From a virus: a DNA stretch of 64,000 nucleotides. This document shows positions 27,031-36,050 of this stretch, piece after piece; position 1 is the stretch's first letter, and every line of letters begins with the position of its first letter. The position numbers and the translations under genes are program-made. The notes under the pieces are model-generated. The model was not told the DNA's origin, made no database searches, and saw nothing but the letters and a program-made list of their open reading frames with translations. The stretch lies in IMG/VR virus record IMGVR_UViG_3300031707_000006, positions 20,499 to 84,498 of that record, one strand, 5' to 3'.

Positions 27031-27953
27031 ATCATTTCTCTCCAGGGTTGCACAAGTTGATTCACCATACAGAACACTTAGCAAAAATACAAAGAGGTGA
27101 AATTGTTGGGCCAATTCATGTATCTGTATGGCCTACAAATAAATGTCAATTAGCCTGTACATACTGTTGTTTTAGGAATGTAATGAGAAATGATATAGAA
27201 TTAGGTTTACACGATTTCAAACATGCTACAAATGTACTTAGATCTCATGGACTTAAAGCAATGGAATTCTCTGGTGGAGGAGAGCCATTACTTTGGAAAC
27301 ATTTTGATGAAACTGTGGAGTTTGCTTTTCAAGAGGGTTTGAAATTATCTTTAGTAACCAATGGACTTTTACTGCCTAAGATTCCTACGAAAACATTAGA
27401 AAAATTTACCTGGATTCGGGTAAGTATCCAATCTGCAAACTATGCAAGAAAGATTGATTTTGATTGTATTCCCAAAAATGTTCGACATAGTGCCTCATTT
27501 ATCGTTCATGATGATCATACTTTAGCTGGGATAAAAAATTTATATCTATTTGCCAAAGATTTAAATTTGGTTATCAGAGTGGCTCCTATACGTCCGTGTA
27601 CATTAGAGTGGGAGAAAACAGTGGGAGATGAAACTGATAAATATGGATATCCATTAGTATTCTTTAGAAAAGAATCGGGTACACCATTAGGTTGTTATAT
27701 GATATATCTTCGGGCGGCAATAGATTGGAATGGTAATTTTCTTCCTTGTCCATCTATAGAATTAGGGTATGAATCTGAAGCGAATATACCAGATGATTTT
27801 GCTGTTTGTCATGTTTCTAAATTAGAGGAATGGTTACAAAACAATCCTCCTCATGATATGGGATATCGTTGCAAATTTTGCAACTGCGGTAAGGAATCAA
27901 ATGATCTAATCTATAATTTATTACAGCCGATTGAGGATGTGGATTTTGTATAA
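26994..27953 (+). CDS. radical SAM protein with SPASM/twitch-like C-terminus
   Basis: CQLACTYC, SGGGEPL, VTNG, C-terminal C...PC...CKFCNC. Confidence 0.88.
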   Translation: MDDISMQTKPEINHFSPGLHKLIHHTEHLAKIQRGEIVGPIHVSVWPTNKCQLACTYCCFRNVMRNDIELGLHDFKHATNVLRSHGLKAMEFSGGGEPLLWKHFDETVEFAFQEGLKLSLVTNGLLLPKIPTKTLEKFTWIRVSIQSANYARKIDFDCIPKNVRHSASFIVHDDHTLAGIKNLYLFAKDLNLVIRVAPIRPCTLEWEKTVGDETDKYGYPLVFFRKESGTPLGCYMIYLRAAIDWNGNFLPCPSIELGYESEANIPDDFAVCHVSKLEEWLQNNPPHDMGYRCKFCNCGKESNDLIYNLLQPIEDVDFV

Positions 27954-28521
27954 TTGTGGGATTTATCAAATTAAGAATTTAGTAAATAAAAAATGTTATG
28001 TGGGACAGGCCGTCAGATTACATAAAAGAGAAATAGATCATTTTTCCCAACTTAGATCGGACAGACACGAGAATCAACATCTTCAAAGGGCTTGGAATAA
28101 ATATGGAAAAGAAAACTTTAAATTTGAAATATTAATCTATTGTGAACCGTTTGAATTAACTAGATATGAACAATTTTTTAGTGATTACTATAAAAAACTA
28201 GATCTTCCTTATAATATAAGAAATTGTGTAGACAGTAATAAGGGTTTACCTTGTTCTGATGAAACTAAAAGAAAGATATCTGAAAAACAAAAAGGAGAAA
28301 AAGCATATAATTACAAAAAGATTTTTTCTAAAGAAACAAGAGATAAAATTTCCAAGGAACTAAAAGGACGAAAAAGAACAGAAGAACACATAAAAAATTT
28401 ATTAACTTCTTTAAATGGAAGTTCCGGAATGTTTGGCAAACAACACAGAGAAGATACAAAGAAAAAAATGTCAGAGGCTAGAAAACTATATTGGCAGAAG
28501 AGGAGAAAAGAACGTGCTTGA
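27931..28521 (+). mobile_element. freestanding GIY-YIG homing endonuclease with NUMOD3-like repeats
   Basis: GIYQIKN...CYVGQ, LQRAWNKYG, repeated S.ET..KIS / HREDTKKKMS. Confidence 0.88.
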
Positions 28522-29203
28522 TCGGTTGGAAAAACAAAAAATGTTTAGTGAGTACATAAATTCCGATGGAAGTTTTAAACCCGAATTCTACAATGAAGAT
28601 TATTATGAAAGAGGAAAAGAAAGTGGCCGCGGCTGGCTCGAAAATTACCATTTAATGCCCGAAAGAAGTATCAGAGAGTCTTTTGCTTTTATTGATTATA
28701 TGGGTTTAGATTCTCAAAGGGATTTTATTTTAGACTTTGGTTGTGCTAAAGGATTCTTAGTATGGGCATTTAGATTCTTAGGATATAAAGCAGAGGGTTG
28801 TGACATCAGTGATTATGCACTCTCTTTTGCCCCAGATGGTTGTTGGAATTGTGCTACTTTAGATTCCTGGAGAGACCATGAATTAAGATATAGTCACATC
28901 GTGTGTAAAGATGTGTTTGAACACATTGAAGAGAAAACATTATTCTCTACCTTACGAGGATTAACTATGTTTGCTCCTAAGATGATGTGTGTAATCCCTA
29001 TGGGAGATCATGGTAAATATCGTATCCCGGAATATCATATGGAGATTTCACACGTAATTATTGAGAATGAAATTTGGTGGGAAGATATGTTTATCGGTGC
29101 AGATTGGAATGTTATTAAGCATACAAATCATGTACCTGGATTAAAAGACAACTGGATGAATGTGCCTGATGGGAATCATGTATTTGTATTGGAGGCTAAA
29201 TGA
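28415..29203 (+). CDS. class I SAM-dependent methyltransferase
   Basis: ILDFGCAKG, GCDISDYA, DVFEH; likely start GTG 28514 after AGGAG. Confidence 0.85.
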   Translation: MEVPECLANNTEKIQRKKCQRLENYIGRRGEKNVLDRLEKQKMFSEYINSDGSFKPEFYNEDYYERGKESGRGWLENYHLMPERSIRESFAFIDYMGLDSQRDFILDFGCAKGFLVWAFRFLGYKAEGCDISDYALSFAPDGCWNCATLDSWRDHELRYSHIVCKDVFEHIEEKTLFSTLRGLTMFAPKMMCVIPMGDHGKYRIPEYHMEISHVIIENEIWWEDMFIGADWNVIKHTNHVPGLKDNWMNVPDGNHVFVLEAK

Positions 29204-30081
29204 CAATTTGTGCCGATCTCACGGGCAATATAGGAAATAATTTATGGCAGTACTCGGTCACGAGAACGGTGGCTGAACATAGTGGATTTGAGTTTGGATT
29301 CAATCGTCATCCATCCAATGATTATTTTCATGGCAAAGAACAGATGGACTTTATGGAGATTGATTATGGCAAAGAACATGATGCGCCCTGGTGTAGAGAC
29401 TTAAGTAACCCTCCTCCAGGAATTAATAAAATCTGGTGTGAACCTAGAGAATATCGAAATACAGATGGGCATGAGTATACTTATTTTCCTTATACTCCTG
29501 AGATCTTTAATGTACAAGACAATACGAAACTCATAATTGATTGCTGTCAGAATTTCAAATACATTGAGGAGAGAAAAGAAGATATCCGAAACTGGTTTAA
29601 AATAAAACCAGAGTGTGCAGATAAATTTGCACAAACTATTCACTTCTATGATGGTTTAGAATTAGATGAGAATGTCTGTATAATCAATGTTAGAGGTGGG
29701 GAATACGTAGGAGTAAAAGATTTTAATCTGCCTGTAACGTATTGGAACAATGCGATTAAACAGATGTTGTCCAGGAATCGTAAGATGAAATTCATTGTAG
29801 TTACTGAGGATATTGGTTATGCAAAGAGTATCTTACCTTATCCTGTAGTGCATTTTGGCATTAGTATTGACTACTATATGGTTAATCAAGCGAAGAATTT
29901 GATTATCTCTAACTCGTCTTTTGCACAATTTCCTACATGGTTGAATCCTCATAACCCATTTGTGATTGCTCCTCTTTATTGGGGGAGATATAATGTATCT
30001 ACGGGATATTGGTCGGCTTGTGAAATGAATCGCCCGGACTGGAATTTTATGGATAGAGGAGGAAATCTACATAAAGTATGA
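29200..30081 (+). CDS. second GT11-like glycosyltransferase
   Basis: GNIGNNLWQY, INVRGGEY, VVTED, LIISNSSF. Confidence 0.8.
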   Translation: MTICADLTGNIGNNLWQYSVTRTVAEHSGFEFGFNRHPSNDYFHGKEQMDFMEIDYGKEHDAPWCRDLSNPPPGINKIWCEPREYRNTDGHEYTYFPYTPEIFNVQDNTKLIIDCCQNFKYIEERKEDIRNWFKIKPECADKFAQTIHFYDGLELDENVCIINVRGGEYVGVKDFNLPVTYWNNAIKQMLSRNRKMKFIVVTEDIGYAKSILPYPVVHFGISIDYYMVNQAKNLIISNSSFAQFPTWLNPHNPFVIAPLYWGRYNVSTGYWSACEMNRPDWNFMDRGGNLHKV

Positions 30082-30938
30082 AAGTATTTGATCTTATAAA
30101 TTTTTATCATGAAATGGATCTTTTGGAGATCCGACTAAATACCTTAGATCCCATTGTAGATTATTTTATAATTAGTGAATCTAATGTAACATTCTCTGGG
30201 ATTCCTAAACCATATTACTATCTTGAAAATAAAGATAGATATAAAAAGTTTGAACATAAAATTATTTCACAAATAATCACAGATACACCGGAAGATTATT
30301 TACATCTTTCTCCTGATAGTGCTAAAGATCCTCTTCATAGATTGGTAATAGAAAGAGTTAATAAGGGAGATTGGTGGCCCCACAATATCCTTACGTATGG
30401 GAGAAATACCTATCAAAAAGAATGTCTTATTAGATCATTGGGAAATTGTGCCCCAGATGACATTATAATGACTTCTGATACAGATGAGATATTTAATCCA
30501 GAAAAAGTTAAAACAGTTCTTGATAATTTTGATCCAAATCAGGTATATAATTTTAGAAATAAAAATTATATCTTCTATTTTAATCTATGTAATGGAGAAC
30601 CCTGGTTAGGTGGACAGTTACTTACTTGTAATAAACTTTTAACTGAAGCAGGTTTATGTGAATTAAAAATGAGAAGAAGAGGAGTATTTATAGAAGATGG
30701 TGGTTGGCACTTTAGCTATATGGGTGGTATAGAAAAGGTAAAAGAAAAATTAATTGCACTTGATGAACCAGAACTTAAAAATGTTAAAGGTGACATACGA
30801 ACTATTGTAAACACTTGTATTACTAAAGGATTTGATTTATATGGCAGAAATTATGGAATCTGGAAAGTTCCTATTGATGAAACTTTTCCAAAATATCTTA
30901 TTGATAATCAGGATAAGTTTAAGGAGTATATTTATTGA
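30078..30938 (+). CDS. GT17-family glycosyltransferase (MGAT3-like)
   Basis: FYHEMDLLEIRL, VDYFIISESNVTFSG, SDTDEI, GGWHFSY. Confidence 0.88.
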   Translation: MKVFDLINFYHEMDLLEIRLNTLDPIVDYFIISESNVTFSGIPKPYYYLENKDRYKKFEHKIISQIITDTPEDYLHLSPDSAKDPLHRLVIERVNKGDWWPHNILTYGRNTYQKECLIRSLGNCAPDDIIMTSDTDEIFNPEKVKTVLDNFDPNQVYNFRNKNYIFYFNLCNGEPWLGGQLLTCNKLLTEAGLCELKMRRRGVFIEDGGWHFSYMGGIEKVKEKLIALDEPELKNVKGDIRTIVNTCITKGFDLYGRNYGIWKVPIDETFPKYLIDNQDKFKEYIY

Positions 30939-31462
30939 CTTTAATAAAATATAGGGATGAATTTATAGATTTATTGAATACTTTAGATAAAGTATGTATT
31001 GAACATGTTATTAATTTAATATCAGTGCGCAAGACCTATCCATTTTTTGTTATTGGTAATGGTGGTAGTGCTTCTAATGCATCTCATTTTGCACAAGATT
31101 TACTTAATACAGTAAAGATTAATGCAATTAGTTTATGCAATGACATCTCAACTATAACTGCAATTGCTAACGATATATCCTATGAAGATATTTTTAGTGA
31201 ACAATTAGAAAGAATGGGAAAAAAGTGGGGGGTATTAGTTGCTATTAGTGGTTCTGGTAATAGTAAAAATATTATTAAAGCAGTTAATACCGCAAATAAA
31301 ATTGGTATGACTATACTTGGTTTTACAGGATTTGATGGTGGGGAACTTGCAAAATTAATAGATTATTCAATTATTGTTCCATCAAATGATATGAGGATGA
31401 TAGAAAGCACCCATTCTTTTGTCTTACATTATATAGTTAATGAATTAGTCCATGAAACTTAA
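30935..31462 (+). CDS. gmhA: phosphoheptose isomerase (SIS domain)
   Basis: GNGGSASNASH, TAIANDISYEDIFSEQ, ISGSGNSKN, TGFDGG, IESTH; TTG start. Confidence 0.88.
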   Translation: MTLIKYRDEFIDLLNTLDKVCIEHVINLISVRKTYPFFVIGNGGSASNASHFAQDLLNTVKINAISLCNDISTITAIANDISYEDIFSEQLERMGKKWGVLVAISGSGNSKNIIKAVNTANKIGMTILGFTGFDGGELAKLIDYSIIVPSNDMRMIESTHSFVLHYIVNELVHET

Positions 31463-32090
31463 TGAATTATCCCCTTTATCTTATTACATAAACCTGGATT
31501 ATCGCCCAGACCGGAATACTTATGCACAACAAGAGATTATGAAACTAGGATTAATTCCTATTAGAATCCCAGGAGTTATTTATACAGGGACAAATAATAC
31601 AGTATTTAATAGACAGATTGGGTGTGGTTTAGCACATTTAAATGGCTTAAGATTAGCTAAAGAACAAAACCAAAATGTGTTGATGTTTGAGGATGATGTT
31701 AAATTAATTAACGACTATACTAATATTATTCAAGGGGCATTAACTGAATTACCTGAACAATGGGACATGCTTTATTTAGGTGGGAATATCTGTAGTAGTA
31801 TCTTTCAAATTTCAACACATTTGGGAAAATTAACTCACGCACAATCCACCCACGCATACGCGATTAATAAGAATTTTCTAGATAGATTAATAAACCATAT
31901 TGAACCAAGAATTACTACAACTATTATTGATGTGATGTATGCAAATGATATTGTTCCCTCTCATAATTGTTATATCACTATACCTATGGTTGCTGTACAA
32001 AAATCTGGATATTCTAACATTGAAGAACGAAATGTTTCATACCAAGACTGGATGGAGACTCGATTTTACGAGCAATTAAGGAGAAATTAA
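31452..32090 (+). CDS. GT25-family glycosyltransferase
   Basis: YINLDYRPDR, GCGLAH, FEDD, WDMLYLG, STHAY. Confidence 0.85.
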   Translation: MKLNELSPLSYYINLDYRPDRNTYAQQEIMKLGLIPIRIPGVIYTGTNNTVFNRQIGCGLAHLNGLRLAKEQNQNVLMFEDDVKLINDYTNIIQGALTELPEQWDMLYLGGNICSSIFQISTHLGKLTHAQSTHAYAINKNFLDRLINHIEPRITTTIIDVMYANDIVPSHNCYITIPMVAVQKSGYSNIEERNVSYQDWMETRFYEQLRRN

Positions 32091-32091
32091 T

Positions 32092-32361
32092 ATGTGTAAA
32101 CATGGCGATGAAGTAGTTTTACGAGTACCGATTAATCCTGAATTATCTTTTGATGGTCAATCTCGTTGGGACGATAAAGGTATTGATCGTTGTATTGCCC
32201 CATTAGTACAAGCACTTAATTTCGCTGGAATTTATACATCCAGTTGTTGTTGTGGACATAATGCTGAATATGGTCATATATGGTTGCAAGATGGGAGGGT
32301 TTTAATAATATTACCTTTTGGAACAAAAACTATTATAACAGAATATGTAAGGAAAAATTAA
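32092..32361 (+). CDS. small Cys-rich protein (ID.CI.PLV..LN..T..CCCGH)
   Basis: 89-aa ORF with AAGGAG RBS. Confidence 0.6.
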   Translation: MCKHGDEVVLRVPINPELSFDGQSRWDDKGIDRCIAPLVQALNFAGIYTSSCCCGHNAEYGHIWLQDGRVLIILPFGTKTIITEYVRKN

Positions 32362-32979
32362 ATGAATAAGGACAATCCATCAATTTGTTATTTTATTCCT
32401 ACTCTTGGTAGAAAAACATTGACCAACACCCTCCGTTCTTTATATGGACAATTTGGACATAGTTTAGATAAAATAGAGGTGTTTTTTGATGGGTCTAATT
32501 TTACAGAAGTTGGGCCAGATTATTTTCAATCAGAGCAAGACTTATATGGGAGTGACCTAATATTTCATGTTTTAGATCATAATCTTGGTTGCTATGGGCA
32601 TGGGATTAGGAATACTTATCAAGGTACATTCCAAACAGACTATATTCATCATATGGATGATGATGATATGTATGCAAATAATGTGATCCCATCAATCCGT
32701 AGTGATCTAAGAACTTGGTATGGTAAGATGATTATTTATAAATTTAGAGCACATGGAGTGGGGATTGTAGGAGGTTCTGATGATTTTAGGCATGGTTTTG
32801 TAGGCACACCTGCTGGTTTAATTCCTAATAGGCCAGAAATATTTGGACATTGGGTAGAGGCATATGGGGGAGATGCTGATTTCTATTCTCAAACTAGAGA
32901 TAAGATTGGTAAAGGAAATGTAGTCTATAAAAACAGGATTATCGTTTTGACGAGGCCCCATGTGTACGGGTATACCTAA
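32362..32979 (+). CDS. GT2-like glycosyltransferase
   Basis: IPTLGR, GHGIRN, MDDDD, VGTP, YGGDADF. Confidence 0.75.
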   Translation: MNKDNPSICYFIPTLGRKTLTNTLRSLYGQFGHSLDKIEVFFDGSNFTEVGPDYFQSEQDLYGSDLIFHVLDHNLGCYGHGIRNTYQGTFQTDYIHHMDDDDMYANNVIPSIRSDLRTWYGKMIIYKFRAHGVGIVGGSDDFRHGFVGTPAGLIPNRPEIFGHWVEAYGGDADFYSQTRDKIGKGNVVYKNRIIVLTRPHVYGYT

Positions 32980-33032
32980 AACCTTGCTGTAAACGAAATT
33001 CTAATTTATTCAAAAAATTGAAGGAGATTAAA

Positions 33033-33296
33033 ATGTTTCATACACACGATTTAAATTATATACAGATACAACCAGGAAATCAGTTACCTGGCACATTAAC
33101 AGTTGGGAGCACTTATTCTCCACATCAACATACTCATACATGTATACACAATCTTGCATACTGTTCAGTGTGTGATGCAGTATATTGTACAATCTGTGGG
33201 AAAGAGTGGGGTCAACCTTATCGTTGGTATCCTTGCACTTGGCAACCCTATACAGGTATTACTTATAATAATCTTCCAGGACTTACTTATACATAA
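33033..33296 (+). CDS. small zinc-binding protein
   Basis: ATG after AAGGAG; CIH...CSVC...CTIC. Confidence 0.6.
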   Translation: MFHTHDLNYIQIQPGNQLPGTLTVGSTYSPHQHTHTCIHNLAYCSVCDAVYCTICGKEWGQPYRWYPCTWQPYTGITYNNLPGLTYT

Positions 33297-36050
33297 ATGG
33301 CAATACGAGAGGTAATCACTCAAGGGGATATTCTACTATACGAAATTTTGAGGAATCCCTGTCTTTTTGGAGAGTTTGTTGAAAATATAGATAAACTCCC
33401 TTACGAAGAGGAATTTAGATTCCATGATTATCAGAATGAAATGATTATGGACTTCAGTACCTATGTAAGTTTTTGTACAGGAAGAAGTGTTGGAAAAACA
33501 GTTTCGATAAGTCATTTAATGTCTTGGGCATTAACTTTTAATATCTTTCCCTCTGAGTATCTTGTTTATACTGTACCGGGAAGAGCACATCTAGAGCCTG
33601 TATTTAATGCTTTGGTTAGGTTATTCAGAACCAACTCTTTTCTTAAACATTTTATTGCCTCAAACTCAGGTGTGAATAACTCAGACTTTACAATTCATTT
33701 ATTAAATCAGTCTGATTTATTTTGTAGAATTGCAGGACAAAGCGGTAGTGGTTTACCTGTAGTTGGTTTACACTCTCCATATGAATTCGTGGATGAATGT
33801 GTTGTGGGATCACAACTCGTAAGATGCAAAAACGGGAAAAACCCAATCTCTCATATAAAATCTGGAGATATCGTCATTTCATGGGATGGGGAAAATACTG
33901 TCGAAGATCGAGTTATTTCTACTCAAAAGGTCAAAAAAAATCAAAACGTATTAGAGATAGGATTTGATGGAGGATATATTAGAATTGGAGAACACCATAG
34001 AATATATACAGATGCCGGATATATAGAGGCACATTTACTAAACATTAAAGATAATATTTATCATTCTACAAATTCGATTAGACAACGTTGGACTAAAAAT
34101 GAAATAGATATTGTTAAAAAACGGATTAAAAATTCTGTACCTGTATATGAAATTGCTAAAGAATTGAATCGGACAGAATTAGGAGTTTTTAGAAAAATTA
34201 GTCATCTGGGATTATCAGTAAGAGAGATCTTTGATTCCATTCCTTTAACAGAGGAAGAATTTCAAGTGATTGCGGGATCATTTTTAGGGGATGGATCAGC
34301 ACAAATAGAACCATATAGAGCAAGATATACTACAAATCACAGTTTAAAACAAAAAGAATATGTCGATTGGCTTAGAATAAAGTTAAATAGACTTATAAGG
34401 GTTGAACCAAGGATCTCAAAAAATGGTGGATGGGGGACTTATAATTATTCTTTAAGTACCATAGGCCACCCAACAATCCTAACTCTTGCAAACGAATTGT
34501 ATATTAATGGAAAAAAGACAATTACTCGATATTATTTAGATAGATTAACTCCACTTGGTTTTGCTATTTGGTTTATGGACGATGGATCAGAAAGTGGAAT
34601 GTTATCTACACATTCATTCTCTGAATCTGAAAACGAAATTATAAAACAGTATCTATGGGAAAAATGGGGTATTGAATCGAAAATTTATAAAGACAAGAGA
34701 AAAAGTTTATATTTTATAGTAATTAGAATTAAGTCATTATCCATTCTTAGAAAAATTATTGAACCATATATTCCAGAATGTATGGGATATAAAATAGGAA
34801 AGGGAAAGTATAATAATACACTTCCAGAAATATCTATTATAAAGAATGGAGAAAATAAACAATCCCTAGAGAAAAAAGAAATTACTTATATTAAAAAGAT
34901 TAAATCAACGGCAAGATACTTATATAATATTGAGGTTGAAAATAATCATAATTACTTTATTAATGGAATCCTAACAAAAAATTCGGGCTACTATCCGTAT
35001 CCAACCTTCATTGAATTTAGACCTACCTTTAATAAATGGATGCCAGGATGCAAATTAATTGTATCTGGTGTCCCTACAGGTTTAAGAGAAAATAATGTTT
35101 TATATCACTGTGATCAAGAAGATTCATCTTTCTCAAAACATAGAATCAGTGCAGATGATAATCCAAGATTAACCAAAGAAGATAGAGAACAAGCAATCGT
35201 TGATTATGGTGGAGAAGATTCGGAAGATTTTGAGCATTTGTGGCGGGGCAGACATGGCCGTCCTGTATTTGCACTCTTTGATCGCAGTCTAATGGAAATA
35301 TCTAACTATCCTGTATCTAAATTAGAGATAGATGGAATTAAATTAGCGGATAATATTGCTCTTTATGTTGAGAGATTGTCCCTACTTCCAGGATTACCAC
35401 ATAAAGATTATTCCTGTTTTTTTGGAATAGATCTTGGTTATACGCAACCATCCGCTATTTATGTTCTTTATATAGATAATTATGGAAGAATTAAGTTTCA
35501 TGCCAAAATAAAATTAAGTAAAGTTTCTTATCCTATACAAGAAAGATTAATAGATTATTTAGATTCTAAATATAATCCATTATTCTTAGGAATGGACGAG
35601 GGTTCATCTGGTAAATCAGTAAAACAACATCTTATGGAAGATAAAGAATATTGGCATAAAGATTATGAAAAAAGATTAATACCGATTGATTTCTCATCTT
35701 GGGTTATATTAGGATATGATTCAGAAAAGAAAGAAATTAAAAGTAAAACTAAACCATATGCGACTACCATTCTACAAGAATGGGCAAATAGTCACAAAAT
35801 AATATTTACATCAACTGACCTTGAAACAGTTACAGAACTGGAGAGAATGACGTTTACAAAGAATCCATCTGGAGAAATCGTTTATCGTACCTTAACAGAA
35901 CGTGGGGGTAAACGAGGCGAAGATCACTTCACCGCTGCTTTACTTTGTGCAACAATGGCACATTATATTACTTATGATTCTCTTACTTCAGTTAAACATG
36001 TACAACTTTTTAAAGGTGGTTGGATAGGAAATATAGGGAGACAACTATGA
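33297..36050 (+). CDS. terminase large subunit with intein (about 522 aa after splicing)
   Basis: Walker A GRSVGKT, Walker B FVDE, coupling motif GVP, nuclease GIDLG and EDHFT; directly upstream of portal. Confidence 0.9.
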   Translation: MAIREVITQGDILLYEILRNPCLFGEFVENIDKLPYEEEFRFHDYQNEMIMDFSTYVSFCTGRSVGKTVSISHLMSWALTFNIFPSEYLVYTVPGRAHLEPVFNALVRLFRTNSFLKHFIASNSGVNNSDFTIHLLNQSDLFCRIAGQSGSGLPVVGLHSPYEFVDECVVGSQLVRCKNGKNPISHIKSGDIVISWDGENTVEDRVISTQKVKKNQNVLEIGFDGGYIRIGEHHRIYTDAGYIEAHLLNIKDNIYHSTNSIRQRWTKNEIDIVKKRIKNSVPVYEIAKELNRTELGVFRKISHLGLSVREIFDSIPLTEEEFQVIAGSFLGDGSAQIEPYRARYTTNHSLKQKEYVDWLRIKLNRLIRVEPRISKNGGWGTYNYSLSTIGHPTILTLANELYINGKKTITRYYLDRLTPLGFAIWFMDDGSESGMLSTHSFSESENEIIKQYLWEKWGIESKIYKDKRKSLYFIVIRIKSLSILRKIIEPYIPECMGYKIGKGKYNNTLPEISIIKNGENKQSLEKKEITYIKKIKSTARYLYNIEVENNHNYFINGILTKNSGYYPYPTFIEFRPTFNKWMPGCKLIVSGVPTGLRENNVLYHCDQEDSSFSKHRISADDNPRLTKEDREQAIVDYGGEDSEDFEHLWRGRHGRPVFALFDRSLMEISNYPVSKLEIDGIKLADNIALYVERLSLLPGLPHKDYSCFFGIDLGYTQPSAIYVLYIDNYGRIKFHAKIKLSKVSYPIQERLIDYLDSKYNPLFLGMDEGSSGKSVKQHLMEDKEYWHKDYEKRLIPIDFSSWVILGYDSEKKEIKSKTKPYATTILQEWANSHKIIFTSTDLETVTELERMTFTKNPSGEIVYRTLTERGGKRGEDHFTAALLCATMAHYITYDSLTSVKHVQLFKGGWIGNIGRQL
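33798..34982 (+). mobile_element. intein with LAGLIDADG endonuclease (395 aa) in terminase
   Basis: VDE|CVVG..., GSFLGDG and IWFMDDG, ends LYNIEVENNHNYFINGILTKN|S. Confidence 0.92.

Noticed and set aside
21835-33296. Host O-antigen locus flanking a prophage
   Set aside because: Island is co-oriented and contiguous with phage genes on both sides, contains a phage-type homing endonuclease and lacks export/polymerase genes; no integrase or host housekeeping context visible
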